Below the pieces are notes generated by a model. The model was not told where the DNA came from. It saw only the letters and a program-made list of their open reading frames with translations, and made no database searches. DNA of 57,936 nt, from positions 1 through 57,936 of IMG/VR virus record IMGVR_UViG_3300025723_000043, one strand, 5' to 3'. Shown here piece after piece: positions 42,003 to 49,583 of this stretch (the stretch's first letter is position 1; each line of letters begins with the position of its first letter). A program made the translations under genes and the position numbers. The DNA comes from a virus (Duplodnaviria > Caudoviricetes).

Positions 42003-42599
42003 TTATGCAATAGCAGTTACAGAACCGAAGAACTGTGACTGTGAGTTAACTACACGCACTACCGTGTAAGAATCACCCCATGCATTGTCTGCATAGGGGG
42101 CCAAATCAACAACACGCATCTGACCTTGGCCTGTGTTACCTTGGGCTGTCGATGCACCCAATGTGCACTGTGACAAACCTGTGGTAGTAGAACCAGCAGT
42201 CAAGTTAGTGAAGTTGTACTCATTACCAATAGTGGTTTGAGCCATAGAACCGTCAGCTTGGATTTCATAAACAATGTTGTTGTCGTTGTAGAAGTAAGCC
42301 ACGATTTGTGTACCAGTGGTACTGGCAGGCCAATTGTTAGACACTCTGCGTCTACCAGTTGTGTCTGTCCACTCAACACCATCAAAAGCACCAGACCATG
42401 AATCAGAGGTAGCTGAAACGGGAACAATAGTTCCTTGGCTACCAGATAAAACAGCGGCTGTGCTGTACTTGACAGGTTGTCCCTTTAGGATAGCTGTTGC
42501 GTATCCTGATGCAATTCCACCAGCAAGAGCCTGTGCACGATCCAAACCAGAAGGGTGGAACGCAGGTCTCAAGCCAAATGGAGCACTAGTTGCTGACAT
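42003..42599 (-). CDS. Capsid decoration / minor capsid protein
   Basis: PFGLRP N-terminus, G.F.G.E.TD..G, D.NI.YEIQ; directly upstream of the MCP. Confidence 0.7.
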   Translation of the reverse strand: MSATSAPFGLRPAFHPSGLDRAQALAGGIASGYATAILKGQPVKYSTAAVLSGSQGTIVPVSATSDSWSGAFDGVEWTDTTGRRRVSNNWPASTTGTQIVAYFYNDNNIVYEIQADGSMAQTTIGNEYNFTNLTAGSTTTGLSQCTLGASTAQGNTGQGQMRVVDLAPYADNAWGDSYTVVRVVNSQSQFFGSVTAIA

Positions 42600-42623
42600 A
42601 GTAATCTCCTTGTTAAATAAACC

Positions 42624-43178
42624 TTACCCGTGAAATACAGGATCAGGAACATTCTTTCGACTTAATTGCCTTAAACCATCACCTTCAATATCCGTTAGGT
42701 TTCTGCCAGAACTGTCTTGTGCACCTTGTAGTTGCTCAACTTGGACTTTGATTTTCTCAGCTTCCTCGTTAGGTAACTCATGATGCATATGCAACATAAC
42801 GTCTTGATAAACATCCATAGGGATCTTATAAAGAACCATTTCGTTGCACGTTACAAATCCAGTAATTTCAGCACTCTTGACTTTGTGTTGCTCGTAGAAC
42901 GTAGGTACCTCATCTCGTGGAACAGGTACATAGCCTAAGCGCATACGCTTATCAATTGTGTCGTAACTATTGGTTGTTGACAGCCAACAGAGATGCCACC
43001 CGGGTATCTCAGGCACTTTGGGTAAAGCACTCTGTGTCCACTCCTCGCTCCACATCTTCCTAGTGGGACGTTCCTGCGAATTCATGAACTTCTCCTCAGG
43101 AGGTTGTCTAGTGATATCTTGGCTAGCACGACTGTCACGACCACCTGCATTCAGAGATTTTTTTAAACGTGATTCCAT
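42624..43178 (-). CDS. Conserved head-region hypothetical protein
   Basis: LP.VP..PGW..CWL, R.GY.PV, MVL.KIP. Confidence 0.7.
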   Translation of the reverse strand: MESRLKKSLNAGGRDSRASQDITRQPPEEKFMNSQERPTRKMWSEEWTQSALPKVPEIPGWHLCWLSTTNSYDTIDKRMRLGYVPVPRDEVPTFYEQHKVKSAEITGFVTCNEMVLYKIPMDVYQDVMLHMHHELPNEEAEKIKVQVEQLQGAQDSSGRNLTDIEGDGLRQLSRKNVPDPVFHG

Positions 43179-43190
43179 TTTCTTTGTTCC

Positions 43191-44135
43191 TTAGTATTGG
43201 TTGTTACGGGCATATTGGGCATAAGTCTTAATCATCTTGGCACGCTTTATGGGATCATCCCACATACCTGCATCCTTCATCGCTCTGACCTGTTCTGGCC
43301 TTAACGTAAAGGTGCTACGGTTGCTACTGCCATTAACGCTCTCACGCCCTGAGCTTGTTACAACACTCCTTGGTCCTTTAGAAGACGGTCTTACGTCTGT
43401 GTGATCATTGTAACTACTATCTATATGCTTTGACAAGCGTCTATCAAGTTCGTCCCAATAATCCCGTTGCTTGGGGTCCCAACCCTCTGTAACCAGCTCT
43501 TCATCGATTGCTTTTGCAATGCGACTTTCTGTGTTTGAAAGCTTGGGATCGTACCAATCGTTTCTAGCCATCCAGTCGTTGGCGTGCTTCTGTAGCCTAG
43601 GATCTGGAGGTGGTGGTGCTACCTGTGGAGGTGCACTTGAGGCTTGGTAGGTGCCTTTGATTTGCTCGACCTTTTCTTTTGAGGCGTGCCACAAAGCTTG
43701 AGCCTTCTTGAAAGTCTCGCCATCCCCTGCAGAGATAGCTTCCTCCATTTTGGTCTCATAGTAGTTAAGGCGAACGGTTTCGTCCTCAAAAGCCTTTTCC
43801 AGTCGAGCAATCTCGTTATTCTGTGCTTTTCTTTCAAGAGTAGCCAAGCGTTCAGCTAACAATTCGTTTTCACGCTTGATCATTTCATATTTCAGCTCTT
43901 TTTCAGCAGAAACAGCTTTGGCTAAGTCACGCTTTTGTTTGCGTCTGTTCTTTTGTGACCTTGTGTCAGTTGAGTCATCAGGATGAAAGTCATCTTCTGA
44001 GCCAACTTTAACTTCAGGTTCACGATTGTCACCCTCAGGTACTAAATCTTCAGGTAGGTCTACTGTTGCAGATCCATCCAGTTCCTCATTGACGTTGATG
44101 TCAATCGGTTCTTCGACTTTTTTATCCGTTGTCAT
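43191..44135 (-). CDS. Capsid scaffolding protein (putative)
   Basis: Acidic N-terminus, long coiled coil, PDP...W...N.WY, YW.ELD.RL, L...QV....G; position. Confidence 0.7.
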   Translation of the reverse strand: MTTDKKVEEPIDINVNEELDGSATVDLPEDLVPEGDNREPEVKVGSEDDFHPDDSTDTRSQKNRRKQKRDLAKAVSAEKELKYEMIKRENELLAERLATLERKAQNNEIARLEKAFEDETVRLNYYETKMEEAISAGDGETFKKAQALWHASKEKVEQIKGTYQASSAPPQVAPPPPDPRLQKHANDWMARNDWYDPKLSNTESRIAKAIDEELVTEGWDPKQRDYWDELDRRLSKHIDSSYNDHTDVRPSSKGPRSVVTSSGRESVNGSSNRSTFTLRPEQVRAMKDAGMWDDPIKRAKMIKTYAQYARNNQY

Positions 44136-44554
44136 ATGTAAGCTTTCATTGTTAAGGGATCTCCAGTTACCGTAGCGATAACTTCGTGATCGTTAAGAAT
44201 CATGAAAAGAGCTTGCTCTTCGTTAGGGTCTTCATTTGGCACAGGTACTTCCCACCTATCGCCACCCCATTTGGGAACTCGCACATAGTCCCCAACTTGA
44301 CACCAAGAACCTTCAGGCCACGGTTGCATAGTGTCTCTATTCTTGAACGCTAGGGGTCCAATCATGAGAACTTTGGCTACCATGTTCTGCCATTTCTCTG
44401 TTTCTTTGGTTTCAGCAACCATAAAAATACCACTCGCTGTTGTCTTCTTTGTGCGTTTCAATTGCACTAGAATCCTTGCGCCAAGTGGTTTGGCTTGTGG
44501 ATCTACCTCAGGGAATGCCCAAGCTAGATCTGAGCCATTTGTGCTATCTGTCAT
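44132..44554 (-). CDS. groES: Co-chaperonin GroES-like protein
   Basis: KPLGARILV...TASGIF...AKVL.IGPLAF...CQVGDYV...ILNDHEVIA.V. Confidence 0.85.
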   Translation of the reverse strand: MTDSTNGSDLAWAFPEVDPQAKPLGARILVQLKRTKKTTASGIFMVAETKETEKWQNMVAKVLMIGPLAFKNRDTMQPWPEGSWCQVGDYVRVPKWGGDRWEVPVPNEDPNEEQALFMILNDHEVIATVTGDPLTMKAYI

Positions 44555-44738
44555 TGTCTTTTTCCTCTTCGTCTTCTAAAAGTTTGTTAATGATGTCTAA
44601 GACCTCTTGATGGCCTGTATAGACACCTACCATGCGTTGATAAGACTCCCAAGTCGATGCATTGCCTGCTCCTAAAGAGTACGCAATGTCTGCCTGTCTT
44701 TTCTTAATAACGCTGATAACCTGTGAAATTGAGACCAT
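44544..44738 (-). CDS. Conserved small protein upstream of GroES
   Basis: L..G.A..WE.Y..MVG...G. Confidence 0.7.
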   Translation of the reverse strand: MVSISQVISVIKKRQADIAYSLGAGNASTWESYQRMVGVYTGHQEVLDIINKLLEDEEEKDNDR

Positions 44739-44894
44739 TTATTTGTTTTTTGCTTGTGCTAACGCTCCTTGGGGTTTAGATGGGGTTTGTGATCCACCTT
44801 TGGGTTGATAAGATGTACCGTCAAGTTTTTCTCCTTGGGCAATACGCTTGTGCTGTGGTACTTCCACAGACTTTTGCTCGTTATCACTGGACAT
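44739..44894 (-). CDS. Hypothetical protein (51 aa)
   Basis: Manual ORF MSSDNEQKSVEVPQHKRIAQGE...; AGGAGG RBS. Confidence 0.6.
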   Translation of the reverse strand: MSSDNEQKSVEVPQHKRIAQGEKLDGTSYQPKGGSQTPSKPQGALAQAKNK

Positions 44895-44904
44895 TTGGTC
44901 CTCC

Positions 44905-47439
44905 TTAGTAGGTTTGTGGTTTAAACGCTAGGTCTAATGCAGTTTTTGCCTGCTCGTGTTGCAAAACAGCCTTATCGTGGGCTATTTTTGCAGATTCAAT
45001 TGTCTGTTTAGTCTGGTTGTCAGTCCTATTAAGCAAAATGTCCATCTGGTTCTTGCTCTGATCTTCCTGTTGCTTCTGTGCAAGCTTGGCAGATTCGAGC
45101 TGTTGATCCATTTGGAGGCGTTGTTGTGCGATGGCAGTGTCTGCCTTGTCACGGGCGGCCCGTCGTTGGGTCTCAGCCATCGATGTTTGCAACAAAATCT
45201 GTGCATCAGGGTCTTGAGGCTGTGCTTGCTGTTTCAATTGATCCAACTGCTGTTGCATTTGTGCAATCAAAGGCATAACTTTGGCAAAAATCTGCTGTGA
45301 CTCCAAGAAAACCTGCTGAGAAGCCATGGCATAAGCCTGATCTACCTTCTTTGTGTTCTTAGGATCGTCATAATCCATGTCACTGTAGCTAACACTCTGG
45401 TCCACAATGTCATCCATGCTTTCCTCGTACCACATTCCAACGTGCTGTTGGAGGTGATCAATCATTGGTCCCAACACTTTTGGCATAAACAAAGGGTTAG
45501 AGCCCAACATTGGGTTGCGATAGAAGTCTAAATGGCTCTGGATGTGTGCCAAATGGTCCTGCTCTTCATATGCTTTGGCTGGCTGGCCCTTCAACATATT
45601 GAAATTCTCTTTTGCAGAGCCAATCATGTCATCGTCAGGCTCTTGAACCAACAACTCGTTGATCTGAGGAACCTTCATCTGCTTCAAGAAACGCTCAATG
45701 ACAGCCTTTCTGTCAAACAAATCAGGGTTGTTACCCATAATTGCCATCACAGCTTGGGTCTGAGCCATCCTTTGGGTCTCAGAGAAAATGTGTGGGTCAG
45801 AAACAGGGATCACATCTGTATTGCGCTTGAAGTCATCTTGGTGGACATCAAGGTCAGCAACCAACTCACCCTTGCGTTGTTCATCCAAGTACCAACGATT
45901 GAGCCTGCCAAGGACCTTTAGAACCCTTGCTTGGCTGTCGTGAAGCCTTGCGTGGATGGCTGAGAAGACAACAGCACCTTGCTCGATTAGAGCTTGTGTG
46001 GTGCCAACTGGCATATTGGCGTTAACGTCAGCGATTTTCTCCTCAGAGGTGGTAATGACCCCTTTGGCGGCATCCGTGAGCCAGCCCAACAACTCCATCA
46101 GCACAGCAGAAGGTGGATTAAATGGCATGGGCATGGCGATCTTGCGAACATCATCCACACCGGGTGCCCCCTCAATCTCAGCAATCTGCGTCACCTCCAC
46201 CTGCTGTGTCTGCCCAGACATCCTCGCACCCTTTAGCTTCAGCATCGTGGAGGCGTTGTTGATGTGGGCTGAGTCTAGTAGCGCACGAAGCGAGCCTGTG
46301 AGTGCGGCACTAAGTCCACCAATGAGATGAGGGAGACCAATCGCATACGCTCCCCTCCAAGGTATGAACTTAAACTCAATGAGCCAATCCAACTTCGTAA
46401 GCGTTTCATCACCTTCCTCCCAGTTTCTATAGAGACCAACCACCTTTTGGTCCAGCTCATCCACCATCAGGATGTAAGGTGCTGACTCTCCCTTGGTACG
46501 CTTGTCTTCCTCAAGCTCAAGCCAAGTGTAGATGTGATAGACGTTTCTCACTCCATCATCGTTGTCCTCGTAACGCTTACCCTCAATCTTTGCATTTGCC
46601 TTCTCAGCGAAGCTCTGTTCTGGTTCAGCAGAGGCTCTGATCAGGTTGATATCCCTGTATAAACCAGATCTAACCCTGTTTTGAAACTCCCATGAGCTGA
46701 TGGTATTGACCTCAGTCACACGCTGTGCTGTGTAGAAGTTTCCAGCCTCAAAGGGCAAGTAGATCTTGTCAATAGGCACAAACTCAGTGCAGGGACGCTT
46801 CTTGTGATCGTCATACCACATTTTGAGGTACTGGGAACCACCCAAGGGCAACTGAGTCAACAACTGCTCTTGCTCGTCCCTGAACTCTTCGATTTGCTCA
46901 GTCAACTGCCAGTTCATGTAGTCACGCTTGCGTTCAGCAATGGCTACCTTGTCTTTGGTGACATCACCGAGAATCTTGGTACGGGTTGGGCCATCAGGTG
47001 GGAACATCTCTTTGATGGCTCTTGAGGCAAAGTCTACGCAGGCTTCTGCCATGACAGGGTGGACAACTTTGCTGGCACCCATGAAGTTTGCACCCCCGGG
47101 GGCATCATTCCCCAGCCCAGTCCTCTTCAGCCCCTCTTCATACTTCTTGTCTCTCTCTTCCCTGCTCGTCTTATCATTCTTGATCAAGTCCAAGTAACGC
47201 ATCGCCACAGCATTCAAGTCATATGGGTCAAACTCCTCAGCCAAGTTCTGGTAGAAGTCTGCATCCTCCATAGGACCTTCAAAGTCATTCATCACCACAA
47301 TGGCTGAACCATCTGGCTGTTCAATCACATCTGAATCGTCATCAGGCAAATCAACCTCGATGTTGCCATCCTCATCAGGCTCTGACATTCCATCGATATA
47401 ACGGTTGTAGTCTTGCTCAATAGGCATTTGTGTTGCCAT
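44905..47439 (-). CDS. Portal protein
   Basis: F..NLAE, GAS.VVHP.MAEA.VDF, E.FP..GP, MN.QLT, LRAL.D, PVGTT.ALIEQG, PVSDP..FS; C-terminal Gln-rich barrel. Confidence 0.9.
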   Translation of the reverse strand: MATQMPIEQDYNRYIDGMSEPDEDGNIEVDLPDDDSDVIEQPDGSAIVVMNDFEGPMEDADFYQNLAEEFDPYDLNAVAMRYLDLIKNDKTSREERDKKYEEGLKRTGLGNDAPGGANFMGASKVVHPVMAEACVDFASRAIKEMFPPDGPTRTKILGDVTKDKVAIAERKRDYMNWQLTEQIEEFRDEQEQLLTQLPLGGSQYLKMWYDDHKKRPCTEFVPIDKIYLPFEAGNFYTAQRVTEVNTISSWEFQNRVRSGLYRDINLIRASAEPEQSFAEKANAKIEGKRYEDNDDGVRNVYHIYTWLELEEDKRTKGESAPYILMVDELDQKVVGLYRNWEEGDETLTKLDWLIEFKFIPWRGAYAIGLPHLIGGLSAALTGSLRALLDSAHINNASTMLKLKGARMSGQTQQVEVTQIAEIEGAPGVDDVRKIAMPMPFNPPSAVLMELLGWLTDAAKGVITTSEEKIADVNANMPVGTTQALIEQGAVVFSAIHARLHDSQARVLKVLGRLNRWYLDEQRKGELVADLDVHQDDFKRNTDVIPVSDPHIFSETQRMAQTQAVMAIMGNNPDLFDRKAVIERFLKQMKVPQINELLVQEPDDDMIGSAKENFNMLKGQPAKAYEEQDHLAHIQSHLDFYRNPMLGSNPLFMPKVLGPMIDHLQQHVGMWYEESMDDIVDQSVSYSDMDYDDPKNTKKVDQAYAMASQQVFLESQQIFAKVMPLIAQMQQQLDQLKQQAQPQDPDAQILLQTSMAETQRRAARDKADTAIAQQRLQMDQQLESAKLAQKQQEDQSKNQMDILLNRTDNQTKQTIESAKIAHDKAVLQHEQAKTALDLAFKPQTY

Positions 47440-47441
47440 GA

Positions 47442-49583
47442 TTATTTCCTTTTAAACTCTAGTTCAGCCCATTGCGTATCAGGGTTATCACTAATATAGA
47501 CTTTGCCACCCTTTTTGAATGGGAGCGTGTAATTGACATTGACTTGGTTTTGTTTGTTCTGCAAATTTCTGTTTACATTTGCATTCAGCCTACCTCTGCC
47601 TACTGGCATATTGTAGTTAAGGTTAGCATTGGAAAGCTCGTTCATGTAGGGTGTCTTAGTGTTCATAACGCCCAAGCCTAACTGTCCAGAACCAACAGGC
47701 ACGTTAGCCATCAGATTTGTATTGGTCACGTTGGGAGCTGGTTCCATCATTCTGCCTGACAGTCTAACGCCACCAACGTTAGTTCCTGCTTGGAGATATG
47801 GTGTGTGGTATTGGCTGACGTTACCAGATTGGATGTTCTGCGATGGAGGAGCCATGGAGCTTATGCCTGCACCAAGGTCAACATCACGCATAGGCACATT
47901 CAAAGACATATCTGCCATAGAGTTATCACCCATCTTTTGGACAAACATTCTAGGATCAATTCTTAGATCTGTGTCTGGTAGCTCGTTGTAGCCACCCTCA
48001 TTAAACTTAACCTTCCCACCTTTTTTGTACATGGGGAAGCCTTCAGTTTGTACCTGCTGTTTCATTTCAGGTGTTATGTCAAAAGTATGAAGATTTGCAG
48101 TTTCTGGCTGACCAGAACTAATCATCCCCAACCCTGCATTGTCAGGTACCATAACTTGTTTTCCTGTTTCAACAGGCATGGCATTCATTTCGGTCTGTGC
48201 ACCAAACGGTTTGCCAAGCTTATTGAGAATGTTAGGGATGCGCTGGTCATAAGCGGCTTTCATGCCTTCACCACCAGTTTGCAAATCGAGGCCAGATAGC
48301 TTGTGTCTGCCTTGGTTTAATTCTGTTTGCAAAAGATTATTTGCAACTTCTTTTCCAACATAATCGGACAATTCGTTTGGCTCTACTATTTTATTTATTG
48401 CCTCGCCATTTTTACCTTGGGCAGTTAAATGTTTAATTTTTGGATCATATTGAACATCATTGATATATTTTGCTAGGCTAAAGCGGTCAGCTTGTACAGC
48501 GCCGGGCGTTACAGCAATCTTGTCATACCCATTTTCCACTGCATGGTTCACAAGGTGCTTCAGTGCAAGCTCCTCCCAGTTCTTTTTAAATGGGGCGTCA
48601 GGTACTCCTTTAGTATTTTTAACTTCTTCTTTATCAAATGCTTGTTTTAATTTTTGTTGATTATTTCCAATTTCTTTTTGTTGAGCCAATAATAATGCTT
48701 TTTCTTCATCACTTTTAGCATTAAAAATTTTTAATGTTAAATCTTGAAATTCTTTTGATCCATTTTCTATTTGTTTTTTTATTTCTGAAATAGTTGCAGA
48801 ATTATCACCTTCTTTATACCCATGCTCACGCCCTTGTTGATGCCAATCAGACTGCAATTCTTCAAGGTGCAATACCTTCTCACCATTGGGACCTAAACGG
48901 TCCTTTAAACGCATACTTGCAATGATGTTAGGCTCACCACCAAAGTGTGCTGATACGCCCCCAAACCCACCGTTAGGTAAAGTCAACAGCATCTCACGAT
49001 AGTTTTCACCATTCGGTATGGTCAAGCCTTCGTGGTAGGGAGACACAATCTTCATGTTATCAAGATGTTCAATCCTATTGTCTAGGTGGTCAACATCTTG
49101 TTTGAGCATTTTTACCTTGCTCATGTTTCCAGCATCTCTAGCTTTATTTATCTGCTTATAAATCTTAGATTGCTCGTCACTCAAAGTATCAAAAGTGCTT
49201 TTGTCCCTGATGTTCTGCAACTCCATTAACTCTGCATAATCATGTGGGTCTATATTATCTATTCCAACACGATCAAAATGATCTTCAAGAGAAGATAGAT
49301 AAGAGTGCTCTTGCTTATCTAAGTCCCTGTAATCAGGTGCACCCAAGGTCTTTTGCTTGATCTGAGGTGCTGGCTTACTCTGAACAATCTTCTTGAGGGT
49401 TGGTTTGTCTACCTGAGGCATAGCCTTCAAGGTAGTATCTATTCCACGGTCAGCAAGCTCTGCAGGCTTTACAGCAGGGTTTTTGAGCAAGTCATTGATG
49501 AATGCTTGCCCTGTCCCTTTATTTCTATTTAATGACTCTACAGCCTGTTCAAGAGCTGAGAATAATGGTTTAACTTTAGGCAT
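47442..49583 (-). CDS. Polyvalent-type multi-domain protein: EExQSDW nuclease-like domain plus C-terminal beta-strand domain
   Basis: GENYRE.LL, HF, EELQSDWHQ.GR..GY, PDAPFK..W..LA; then YKKGG/FNEGG, an amphipathic beta region, FKKGG. Confidence 0.65.
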   Translation of the reverse strand: MPKVKPLFSALEQAVESLNRNKGTGQAFINDLLKNPAVKPAELADRGIDTTLKAMPQVDKPTLKKIVQSKPAPQIKQKTLGAPDYRDLDKQEHSYLSSLEDHFDRVGIDNIDPHDYAELMELQNIRDKSTFDTLSDEQSKIYKQINKARDAGNMSKVKMLKQDVDHLDNRIEHLDNMKIVSPYHEGLTIPNGENYREMLLTLPNGGFGGVSAHFGGEPNIIASMRLKDRLGPNGEKVLHLEELQSDWHQQGREHGYKEGDNSATISEIKKQIENGSKEFQDLTLKIFNAKSDEEKALLLAQQKEIGNNQQKLKQAFDKEEVKNTKGVPDAPFKKNWEELALKHLVNHAVENGYDKIAVTPGAVQADRFSLAKYINDVQYDPKIKHLTAQGKNGEAINKIVEPNELSDYVGKEVANNLLQTELNQGRHKLSGLDLQTGGEGMKAAYDQRIPNILNKLGKPFGAQTEMNAMPVETGKQVMVPDNAGLGMISSGQPETANLHTFDITPEMKQQVQTEGFPMYKKGGKVKFNEGGYNELPDTDLRIDPRMFVQKMGDNSMADMSLNVPMRDVDLGAGISSMAPPSQNIQSGNVSQYHTPYLQAGTNVGGVRLSGRMMEPAPNVTNTNLMANVPVGSGQLGLGVMNTKTPYMNELSNANLNYNMPVGRGRLNANVNRNLQNKQNQVNVNYTLPFKKGGKVYISDNPDTQWAELEFKRK

